This document shows, one piece after another, positions 50,090 through 61,982 of a stretch of 64,000 bases of DNA. Where the stretch lies: NCBI GenBank assembly GCA_038087875.1, contig CM075992.1, positions 9,116,001-9,180,000 of the forward strand, in the 5' to 3' direction. Within the stretch, counting starts at the first letter, position 1. Each line of letters opens with the position of its first letter. The notes beneath the pieces are model-generated. The model was not told where the DNA came from. It searched no databases and was given only the letters and a program-made list of their open reading frames with translations. The stretch is from Malacoraja senta (lineage: Eukaryota). Both the position numbers and the translations under genes were made by a program.

Positions 50090-50493
50090 TGCCCAACACC
50101 TCCGCTCAGTTCGCAATAACCAACCTGATCTCCCGGTGGCTCAGCACTTCAACTCGCCCTCCCATTCCGAATCCGACCTTTCTGCCCTGGTCCTCCTCCA
50201 TGGCCAGAGTGAGTCCCACCGCAAATTAGAGGAACAGCACCTCATATTTCGCTTGGGTAGTTTACACCCCAGCGGTATGAACATTGACTTCTCCAATTTC
50301 AGGTATTCCTTGCTTTCTCCCTCTTTCCCCTCCCCTTCCCAGCTCTCCCACAGTCCACTCTCCTCCTCTTCCTTTCATCTTCCCCACCCCCACATCAGTC
50401 TGAAGAAGGGTCTCGACCCGAAACGTCACCTATTCCTTCGCTCCATAGATGCTGCCTCACCTGCTGAGTTTCTCCAGCATTTTTGTCTGCCTT
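50090..50493 (+). mobile_element. Penelope-like element 3' end (GIY-YIG C-terminus, 3' UTR, hammerhead motif)
   Basis: VAQHFNSPSHS...RKLEEQHLIFRLGSLHPSGMNIDF, followed by CTGAAGAAGGGTCTCGACCCGAAACGTC. Related minus-strand pieces near 9420-10560, 15930-16265, 21830-22550 and 59640-60170. Confidence 0.8.
50397..50430 (+). ncRNA. Minimal type I hammerhead ribozyme motif
   Basis: CUGAAGA-(A)-stem II GGGUC..GACCC-GAAA-C/GUC with a palindromic ACGU stem III, in Penelope context. Confidence 0.6.
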
Positions 50494-50646
50494 GTTTTTA
50501 CGGTACGTTGAAAGAGAGAAATGTAGCAGGACAAATTTGTGAAGTATAAACCCCAGCATAAGCCAGTTGGGCTGAGGACCAGTTTTGTGTTGTATATTCC
50601 ATGTAATTCTAAGTTGACACCTTGCCCACTAGGAGGCAGCCACTAA

Positions 50647-51312
50647 AAGGGCTGTCCCACTTGGGCGACCTAATCCGCGAGTCCAGAAGAGTGTCTTCGA
50701 CCTTCAAGCTCGAGGGCACTCGCCTGGATAGCCTCGAGCTGGATCGACCGACCGCACACACACACATCGCGAAGGTGAGGGCCAGGGAAAGTGGGGGAGC
50801 GCTGTCTGAAATTCACACCCGCGCTGAAGAAGAAGGTAAAACGGCTGCACAGTAACGGTAAGTCCTTTAGAGAGCGCGGAGGGGGGGGGGGGAGAAGGAG
50901 TGGAGACACTTTTAAGAAGTTTAATAAAGTTTAGCGGGCATTTTACCTACCGGGAGAAAGCAAGGAATACCTTGGTCCTGAAAACTCCAATGAGCCAATC
51001 AAAATGCCCGATCAGCGAAGGAGATTACCTATGGCTGCCTGTAACTAAATAGCGACCCCACTCCACTGCACTACGAGTTTTAAAAAACCATGCCGACCAA
51101 AGTTTACTCGCGGAAAATTTTTCAACATGCTGAAAATGTTTCTGTGACCTAGCTGAGGTCACGAGTATTCAGGAATGTCCCTCGAGCATGAAGGAGAGTT
51201 CCAGCAGCCTCATAGGACCTCGTAGGACCACGCGTCGACCATGCTGCGAGTTTGAAGGTCGAAGACACTCTTCTAAACTCGCAGATTAGGCCACCCAAGT
51301 GGGACAGCCCCT
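50647..51312. mobile_element. PIF/Harbinger-like MITE
   Basis: Long imperfect TIRs (GGGCTGTCCCACTTGGG...CCCAAGTGGGACAGCCC, extending ~65 bp) with TAA on both flanks. Confidence 0.85.
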
Positions 51313-53099
51313 TAAGACTGTTCCAACTGTTAGCACCATCAACTTGGATTTCATTACTCAAAGATGGGACAAGTATTACCTTACAGAGTTCAATGTTGCA
51401 GTGCACTTAGGCTTCCTTCATCATATTGGATCAGAATTGCTGCCTTTCATCTTTGTCTGGATACAACATGCTCACAAGGGTACTTCTCAGTGATCTTCCT
51501 TAGATAGTTCTGATCGCCATGCACAAGTAAGATTGGGATACACTGAAAAATGATAAAAGGTTGACAAAACTGACTTTGCTTAATTAATTAGATTAAACAT
51601 CTGAAACAATTAGCTAGGCTGGAACGTACTACTTTAAGAGGTGACATACTTTTGCAACTTTAACGACCCCAACAAGTTGCTGATGATATATTAAAAATGC
51701 TCTTTCCTCACAACCCCTTTGTATCTTTTGTTCAAAATTTGCAACGTAAGCCACTCCCCAGCACTGAAGGGATTAGTATCTGTTGCATCTAAACCCAACT
51801 ACCGTACGTTACATTTCTTAACATCCTTTGCTCCTGGAAACAACCCCAGCTTCTCCAAACTGGCTTCATAGTTGGTCGGTAAGACTAATAGAAGAGGTTC
51901 ATTTAACCTGCTCACTGCCAAGTTTTCCCCCCACTATTGGTCATGACCTGAGTATACTCGGGGGTGGCACTGGACAGGTTAAAGACAAGTGTGAGAAGTA
52001 CGTGAGGGAGTACAGATGGAAACGTTACACTTGATGCATTGGCTAGGAAGGGGCTTCAGTGGAATAAAAACATCTGAGACTCATTGGGCTGCATGGCATG
52101 CTTCTGTCCATTCCACGGGCCCCAGATTAAAAGCTTGGGTTACTTAAACTTGTCACTTGTTTCAAACAAACATCACCTATTTCTCAGCATCTCCCACAAT
52201 CTTTTGTCTTGGGTTCTGTGCCACAGATTCCAATCTCACATTTTCTCCTCTCTTCATTTCACACACATGACAGTCAGGCAGAGTGACAGCAATCACACAG
52301 TGGCTTGCTGGCTCATTGCTCTAGTAACCTAGCCAGCAAGTAGTCTTCCAACACTGTAAGGTACACAAAAATGCTGGAGAAACTCAGCGGGTGCAGCAGC
52401 ATCTATGGAGCGAAGGAAATAGGTAACGTTTCGGGCCGAAACCCTTCTTCAGACACTGTCTTCCAACACTGTGCTGGAACAGCCAGTGCCTGTATCACTG
52501 ATAGAGGTCTTGAAGCACTGTTTGACCACACCTCCTCTCAGCCCATGGCTACCCAGTCACATTCAGTCCCACCAACATAATAGAGAAAACTGACAATTAT
52601 ATTGTGCTTTCCACCACCTCAATCAGTGTTACTTAAATCAGGCAGTATTGAGAAAGTGTGTAGGAAGGAACTGCAGATGCTGGTTTAAACCAGATAGACA
52701 CAAAAAGCTGGAGTAACTCAGCGGGACAGGCAGCATTTCTGGAGAGAAGGAATGGGTGATGTTTCGGGTCAAGATATGAAGATAGCACACTTCAAAAAAT
52801 ATTTAATGTACTAACATGTTGAAGTAACTCAGCGGCACTGGCAACATCTCTGGAGAACATGCATCGATAACGTTTTGGGTTGGGACCTTCAGATCTGAAT
52901 TCTGAAGAAGAGTTCTGACCCTAACCGTCACCTATCCTTATTCTCCACAGATGCTGCCGGACCTGCTGAATTACTCCAGCACTTTGTGTCCTTTGGTGAA
53001 GTTCCTTGTTTCTACATAATATAACAATCCTGTCACACAGCAAGTTAACACACAGAATCGTAACCAGATCATTTTATTGGTGGTGAACTGCCCTCTTAT

Positions 53100-53922
53100 A
53101 ACATAGAAACATAGAAAATAGGTGCAGGAGGAGGCCATTTGGCCCTTCGAGCCAGCACCGCCATTCATTGTGATCATGGCTGATCGTCCCCAATCAATAA
53201 CCCGTGCCTGCCTTCTCCCCATATCCCTTGATTCCACTAGCCCCTAGAGCTCTATCTAACTCTCTCTTAAATCCATCCAGTGATTTGGCCTCCACTGCCC
53301 TCTGAGGCAGGGAATTCCACAAATTCACAACTCTCTGGGTGAAAAAGTTTTTTCTCACCTCAGTCTTAAATGGCCTCCCCTTTATTCTAAGACTGTGGCC
53401 CCTGGTTCTGGACTCGCCCAACATTGGGAACATTTTTCCTGCATCTAGCTTGTCCAGTCCTTTTATAATTTTATATGTTTCTATAAGATTCCCCCCTCAT
53501 CCTTCTAAACTCCAGTGAATACAAGCCTAGTCTTTTCAATCTTTTCAATCTTTCCTCATATGACAGTCCCGCCATCCCAGGGATCAATCTTGTGAACCTA
53601 CGCTGCACTGCCTCAATCACAAGGATGTCCTTCCTCAAATTAGGAGACCAAAACTGTACGCAATACTCCAGAACTGCCCTCTTATAACATAGAAACATTC
53701 AGATGTATAGGGTCTTACCAGAGCCCTATACAACTTCAGAAGAACCTCTCTACTCCTATACTGAAATCCTCCTGTTATGAAGGCCAACATTCCATTAGCT
53801 TTCTTCACTGCCTGCTGTACCTGCACGTCAACTTTCAGTGACCGGTGTACCTCCCCTTTACCTAACCTAACCCCATTGAGATAATAATCTGCCCCCTTGT
53901 TTTTGCCACCAAAGTGGATAGC
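53100..53922 (-). mobile_element. CR1 LINE 3' fragment with internal rearrangement
   Basis: [15 protein letters not shown]...RVVNLWNSLP. The sequence gaactgccctcttataacatagaaaca occurs at the tail (~53085) and again internally (~53671). Confidence 0.85.
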
Positions 53923-53934
53923 TTCTGCAGAATA

Positions 53935-54095
53935 TTTTCGTGGCACCTCTTCCATCTGCCTAAGAGTGCAGATGGGGCCACAGTTGAAGTGAGGCGTGCG
54001 AAAGGTATCACCTCTGCTAGTGCAACACTGCCTCAGTTCTGCATTGGAAATCTCAGCCTGACTGTTATATTCTGCACACAGCACGTGGCTTGGAC
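53935..54095 (-). mobile_element. Degraded Deu-domain SINE-like fragment
   Basis: Minus strand ggctgagatttccaatgcagaactgaggcagtgttgcactagcagaggtgatacctttcg resembles the recalled DeuSINE core. Confidence 0.5.
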
Positions 54096-56076
54096 AGATG
54101 GAACTTTTCAGAACAAAATTAACTGAATAATAATGAACTATAAGACAGATGGTATTTATTTAATATGCAACAAAACTGAACCAGAACTACACATTTCAGT
54201 TTAGTGATACAGCGCGGATACTGGCCCTTAGCCCCACTGAGTCTGCACCGACCAGCGATCCTCGCATTTTAACAGTATCCCACACACACTAGGGGCAATT
54301 TACATTTATATCAAGCCAATTAATCTACAAACCTCTACGTCTTTGGAGTGCGAGAGGAAACCGAACATCTCGGAGAAAACGTACAAACTCCATGCAGTCA
54401 GCACCAGCAGTCAGGATAGATCCCGGGTCTCTGGCGCTGTAAGGCAGTAACTCTCCCGCTGCACCAGCGTTCCGAACTTGCATTTGTAATACACATTAAA
54501 ATTACATAAAGGACCAAAATAGATTTGGAATATTGTTGTAGAAACTTGCAAGCAACAATGGCCTACTGTCACCCTGATGGTTGGGTAATCTGGCTTTAAT
54601 CAGGACCCCATGGTAAGTGACCCCATGCGCTTTGAACTGTGCCGTTAGCTCTCTTACCCGTGACTGCGACACACATTTTAACTCCACACCTTAAACGTCA
54701 GAAACTGAAACAATATAGAGACTAGAATGATAATATATGAATGGAATGTCAGCAGTAAGCAGGGTTAGAGCAAACAAACTTCTATCCATGACAATGTCGT
54801 GATCAGTTAAGTCAAGCTGTCATTTATTAGCCACATTACGATTTCTTTTTGTTTTAAATACTCTAACGTTACACTTGAAGCACACAATTTAGTAGAAATA
54901 AACACTGCAAGATCTGGGACTTCTGCCATGTTTCATTAACCAGCTTGAACTATTAAAAGAACAATAAAGGTCATCTATCTGTCAGTGAGACTTTTGAACT
55001 GGGTTCCAAATCAATAGATTTTTTTGATCAAGCAAGTCAAGGTCATTTTGCCCAGCTCAGTCTCTCATTCAACCAGTGCCTGGCTATTTGTGACTTTATA
55101 TTGTTTTCTCAATATTTCATAGTCGCTTGCGTCACCAGATTTGTTGCTTAGATTTGTATTGTTGATCCTGTCACTAAGTAGCTGCTGAGTACAGCCGTAA
55201 ATGTTAATTTCCCAAGATGGACACAAAATGCTGGAGTAACTCAGCGGGTCAGGCAGCATCTCTGGAGAGAAGGAATAGGTGACGTTTCGGGTCGAGACCA
55301 ACCCAAAACATCACCTATTCTTTTTGTCCAGAGATGCTGCCTTACACACTGAGTTGCTCTAGCTATGTGTCTGATCTTCAGTTTAAACCACCATGTGCAG
55401 TTCCTTCTGCACAATGTTAATTTCCTAACCAGGTTACAGCGAATTCCATGAGCAGGTTCAGCCAGTAGCTTCCAATGATGGGATGAATTATTCAATTGAC
55501 TTTTTTTCTAAGTAAACATTTAGCACGGGTCTTCTAGACTGCTTCAATGATCAATAGACTAAGTGGTGTGGTACTGTGTCATAGTAATCAGAGGATATGA
55601 TTCCTACGTGTACTAACTCAGAGCAGTAGCACAAACAAAAATTACACTCAGAACCCCCGAGAATTAAGATTTCTCGTGGGCACACGTTATCAAACCCACA
55701 ACCTCAAATGGAAAGGTGTAGGAAAAAACTGCAGTTGCTGGTTTACCCCCGAAGAGACACAAAATGCTGAAGTAGCTAGCTCAGCGGGACAGGCAGCATC
55801 TCTGGACCCTTCTTCAAGGGTCTCGACCCGAAACGTCACCCATTCCTTCTCTCCAGAGATGCTGCCTGTCCCGCAATGTTTCTCCAGCATTTTGTGCCTA
55901 ACCTCAAATGGAAAACTGGGCATTGGATAGTTTGGAGTTATTCACCACTAGCCAGGTTTCCTCCTCAATTAAACTTAACATGTATTTACGGCTCAGGTTT
56001 CCCCAGTGAAACATTTCTGCCGTCTTTTTCTATTGCTTTTGCTTGTTCTCTCTATTCCTCCATTGTCCTCACTTCC

Positions 56077-56593
56077 TGTCTGAAGAAGGGTCTCGACCCG
56101 AAACGTCACCCATTCCTTCGCTCCATAGATGCTGCCTGTCCCGCTGAGTTTCTCCAGCATTTTTGTCTACCTTCGATTGTTCCAGTATCTGCAGTTCCTT
56201 CTTAAACATCCTGTCTGACTGATTCCTTTGATGCAATTTTAATATCATTTTATTATTTTTGTTGTACTGTTTAAGAAGGAACTGCAGATGCTGGAAAATC
56301 GAAGGTAGACAAAAATGCTGGAGAAACTCAGCGGGACAGGCAGCATCTATGGAGCATTTTTGTGTACCTTCAATTTTCCAGCATCTGCAGTTCCTTCTTA
56401 AACAGTACAACAAAAATAATAAAATGATATTAAAATTGCATCAAAGGAATCAGTCAGACAGGATGTTTAAGAAGGAACTGCAGATGCTGGAACAATCGAA
56501 GGTAGACAAAAATGCTGGAGAAACTCAGCGGGTGCAGCAGCATCTATGGAGCGAAGGAGATAGGCAACGTTTCGGGCCGAAACCCTTCTTCAG
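56077..56593. repeat. ~515-bp inverted repeat built from Penelope-derived elements plus a duplicated ~60-bp spacer
   Basis: 56209-56270 is present in reverse complement at 56403-56465, and the arms extend outward to hammerhead motifs on each side. Confidence 0.85.
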
Positions 56594-57130
56594 AACTGCT
56601 GCACCCGCTGAGTTTCTCCAGCATTTTTGTGTACCTTTGTTGTACTGTTGTCCGTTCTTACCTTTCCGTGTGGTATTTTCTGGTCTGATTGCTTTTTCTC
56701 CATTGTTTTAGTTTCCTTTCTTTTTTCATTCTTCTCTCTTCTAAACAATCCAAAAAGCAAAGAGACTTTCCGTAAGCAATGTGATTTGTTGGCAAACAGC
56801 CAAGGGCAATCTCAGCAGGGGGTGCACAGAGCTCTGACAAATACTAATAAAGCTCCTGAGCTTTTTAAATCTCCTCAGCTGGGAATCAGGGAGGGACCAG
56901 GCAAGAGAATCAGTTAACGGTCGGTGGTCAGCCTGTCATTACACAGGCTGCAGCAGAGTCAGATGTATGCTCCCAAGCAGGAGATTGCCCAGTTATTTGA
57001 ACGGGGAGTCTTGTTTATCCAGCACCTGAACATGCCCAGGCAGTGGGCTACCTTGCTCAGCTCTCTGTAAAGTGGAAATCACACATAGATCGGCACCTTG
57101 TAGAAACGGGACTGTCAAACCCGGTTGTGA

Positions 57131-57496
<366 letters not shown>

Positions 57497-58189
57497 TAAA
57501 ATAAAAGTTGAAATGATGGATATCGCTTTGTAATTTAGCTTCAGCATAATTTTTTTATTCTAAAAGGTTTAAGCTGTGAACCTGAAAATTGATATAATGA
57601 GTAGGAATCAGAAAGTGATTTTGCTCCCACCGTTCTCCACACAGAGATACTGCTTCACTGTCAGATAACAGTGGCTTTAAACTCAGCTGCGTTTTACTTG
57701 CTCAATAATCCTTCAAAGTTCTCCCAACCCTGTCTGAAGACTGCAGACTTAAGCCCTGGTCAAAGTGCCAATCTCAGCCGACACCACAAAGAATATACAA
57801 CACCCCTTAATTACTAGTCACACACACTGTTTAATGCAATCACAGTCTCGCCTGTCCAAATATTTTCTTAAGAACTAATTGTGGTGACATGACAAGAGAA
57901 CCACAAAAATCCCTGTTGTTAACCATTTGCATGCTAACATGCTCAAATCTGGCTGTACTGGCAGGTTTTATCAAATGATTAGATTATGAACCCCCCTCCA
58001 GATCCATTCCAAAGTTGTTTGGTAACCCGTTCATGAAGAGCTATATATTTTATTGATGGTAATATTACAAGATTCTGCAAAGTGCTGGGTTTAGGAACTC
58101 CTCCAAGCTAGGTCCCCGATGGAATCAGAATAAAATTCAGTTTACTACATTAATATAGGACTTGAGGAGTTAGGACGGGGACACTGTGG

Positions 58190-58570
58190 ATCACAGAGAA
58201 TAGTGCAGCACAGGAACAGATCCTTCAGCCCACAAAGTCTGCGTCGAACATGATGCCAGGTTAAACTGATCACCTCTGTCTGCATGTGATCCATATCCCC
58301 CATATCCATGAGCCTATCTATAAACCTCTTAAACGCCACCATCATAGCTACCTCCTCCACCGCTCCTGGCAGTGCATTCCAGGAACTCAACGCTCTCTGT
58401 GTGTAAAAAAAACTTGACCCGTACCTCACCTTTAAACCTCCCCCCCCTCTATCCTCTAGTCTTTGACATTTCCATCCTGGGAGAAAGGTTTTGACTGTCT
58501 AGCCTATCTAGGCCTCTCATAATTGTATTTATCTCCATCGGGTCTCCCCTCAGCCTCTGAAGCTCCCTAA
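58190..58570 (-). mobile_element. Degraded CR1 3' fragment
   Basis: FFYTQRALSSWNALPGAV translation and CR1-type tail. Confidence 0.7.
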
Positions 58571-61500
58571 AGGAAGGCAAGTCCAGAGCACCTGGTTAAG
58601 TGAGGTGCACAAAGCAGTTTCAGTTGCCTTTCCATCACCCTGGAGACATTGATATAAATTCAACAGTATGTTCAAAGAGCCTCATACTCTGTCCGAACCT
58701 GGACTCTTGCAGAAGCAGCGGTTGCGTGGGGTCTGGCTTATTTAAGCAACCATTCTTTGAATATCAGTGGGTGATTTGAGCATCAGTTTAGAGCGTGCCA
58801 AACTGTATCTTGGTGAAAGATATTTCACCTCCCTGCCTCAGAGGGTGATGTGGGCAACACTACACCAGCACTGCCTGCACAGAGCCGAGTCATGTCACCA
58901 TGGGCCGCACATCAACGGCGAGGACCCAACACAACCACGGTTTAGACACCAACCACTGTTAATTCAACCGATGTTACAAGAGATTGTCAAGTATACATGG
59001 AGTCGGAAAAACATGGAGATGTGCATTCCATCATAGTCCCACAGGACGGAAAAGGCCCTTCAGCTCAACTTCCCATGCTGACCAAGATTCCACGCTAGTC
59101 CCATTTCCCCGGGTTTGCCCCATATCCTTCTAAATCTTTCCTATCCACGTACCTATCCAAATATCTTTTAAATGTAGTTATTGTACCTCTCAGCTATCTC
59201 CTCTGAGAGCTCGACACAAATAGCTGGAGTAACTCAGCGGATCAGACAGCATCTCTGGAGAAAAGGAATAGGTGCTGTTTCTCTGGAAAAGAGTCTGAAG
59301 AAATGTCTCGACCCAAAACCCGTCTCCTATTCCTTTTCTCCAGAGTCTGACCCGCTCAGTTACTCCAGCCTTTTGTGTCTACAGATTAAACCAGCATCTG
59401 CAGTACCTTCCTATACAGCTCCTCAGGATGCTTGTTCCATATACCAACCACCCTCTGTGTGAAAAAGTCGCCCCTTAATTTCCTTTTAAATCTTTCCTCT
59501 CTGACTTTAGTAATCTAATTAGTCACGTTATGTTGAGGACAACTAAACAGGGGTTGTGGTAATCTGAAAATTACCTCCAGAAAAATCAAATAAAAACAAA
59601 CTTGCTGGGAATACTCAATACATGAATGAGCCCAAGAAACAGATCCTGTAATTTTGTGGAAGACATACTGCTGGAGGATCTCAGCAGGACAGTCAGCATC
59701 TGTTGTGGGAGATGGGCAGACAACGTTTGGGGTTGCGACCCTTTCTCAGACTTATGGAGTAAAGGGGAGAGGAACGGTGAGTAAGTGATAGGTGGATCCA
59801 AGCAAGGAGGGGTTGATTGGCAGAGGATTCAGGTGGGGGAAGAGAAGGGTGAAGGCAGTAACCAAGGCTGGAGGTAATTAGTGGAGAAGACAATAGGGCG
59901 CAAATGGTGGAAGCTGATCAGAATTAAGGTCGGAGTGAAATGTAGAACAGGAGAGGAATGGTTGGAAGGGAACGGAGCGAAAATGGGGAACCTGGAGTAG
60001 ACAGGTGTGGGATAAGGAGGTAAGCAGATGGGGAAAGGAACTGGGTGACGGGGTGAGTGGAAAGAAAGGCGTGAGCGATTGTGGGGGTGGGGGTGTCAAT
60101 GAGACGGGGTTGCCTGAAATTGAAGAATTCAGTTCTCGTGCTATTGGGTTGTGGGTTGTCAGCTACCCAGGCTGAAAATAAAGGAACGATTACTATCTCA
60201 GTTCATCAGAAATAATGAAATCCCATTGAATTGCGGGCTTTTAACCATCAAACTGGCGAGCAGATTACTTTGGAAGGGTGTGCTGCTCGGCATGATTGCT
60301 TGAACCCACTCAGTTAATGTGCTGTGGGGGATGACCAAGACTTAATCCATGTCAATTTAAACTAAAAGCTTCTGCATCCCAGTCTGTGGAACTGAAGTGA
60401 CAGATTAATCGTTTCTCCACTGGGAGTCTGTAACATCCAATGTTACCAGTGATGAAATAAATCAGATGCAATTTTTGCACTATGCAGGGAGCTTTAAGTC
60501 CACTTACAAACACACATGCATTATAATCTCTTATGGTATGGCCTGAATTAAGAGTGGTTAGTCGACTTTTATTAATCAAACTGTGTGCCCTGGCAGTGCC
60601 ACACCAACGGTACATAACTCCAGCCAAGCAGGACATCATGCCAAATCACGTGATGCACTGCCCCAATTGTTACAAGGCATTCTGCCGAGTTTAGTTTATT
60701 TAATGTCACATGTAAGAAAAAAATTACTCTGTATACATAACTACAATAGATCCTTCTCTGGAGCTAACCACACGCCTCTGATATAGCTTGAGCAGTGAGG
60801 AGGGATATCAACCACAAGGGTCTCGACCCGAAACGTCACCCATTCCTTCTCTCCAGAGATGCTGCCTGTCCCGCTGAGTTTCTCCAGCTATTTGTGTCTA
60901 TTTTCAACTACAATGAAACACCTTTAATCCTAATGATCACACAACAATAGTGTACATTTGCTCAAATAGTTGAATTTATTTTCAGCTGATATGTTATTCT
61001 TTTTTTTTCTTTTTTTAATAATATTTTTATATTGTTATTCTTTAAATGCAGGAATCATTTCCAAAAATTAACTCTAATGCCCAAGGAATGTCCAATGTGA
61101 AAATGGAGCTGTGTGTTGCAGTGTACCAGAAGTTTAATTATTGGTCAAAGCCTGGGCATCTGAAGCTGAGGAAGAACCCAATCCACCAATATGTGGGTGG
61201 CACTGATAAAGGCTTCATTGACCATCCCTCGTCACCTTGTGACTGGGTTAGACTTCCTACACCGGGGCAGAGAGGACATTTATCAGAGCATCACCTGTGA
61301 CTGTTTAAGAAAGAACTGCAGATGGTGGAAAAATCAAAGGTAGACAAAAATGCTGGTGAAACTCAGCGGGTGAGGCAGCATCTATGGAGCGAAGGAATAG
61401 GTGACGTTTCGGGTCGAGACCCTTCTTCAGACTTCACCTATTCCTTCGCTCCATAGATGCTGCCTCACCTGCTGAGTTTCACCAGCATTTTTGTCTATCC

Positions 61501-61982
61501 CCTGTGACTGGGGACTTCAGTTATACGGGAGAGAAATGGTAAACAAGGGTTGGTCGCGGAAAGGAGACGGTTAAAGGAAGATTTAATGTAAGTAATCACG
61601 AGGAGCTTTGACAGAGTCAATAAAGGGAAATGGTTTTCACTGCCAGGAGGGTAGTAATCACAGGACACGGGTGTTATATAATTGGTTTTAAAAGAGAAAA
61701 GAGGGATTGAGAACAGGGATGATGAGATTTTTTGCAAGGGGTTGTAATCTTGAAAGTAATATCTGCAAATTACATTGTAAACCCATTCTAAAGGGAGTTT
61801 GATAAACTCTTGAAGGATGAGATATTTGCGCGTACCTAGAGAAAGGAACTTGGAGCACATTAAGTACAAATAGCAGCCATATTGTTAAGTTTCTTATGAG
61901 TCCCCAGATTATTGAATTCATTTAAACTCGAGCTCTACAATGCCATTCCAGAGTCATAACCAAGACAAAATGAACCAAACCC

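Noticed and set aside
61046..61300. Candidate SMIM44 exon 2 after ttctttaaatgcag
   Set aside because: Does not continue with the expected D-W-x-F-G-P-like sequence in phase 1.
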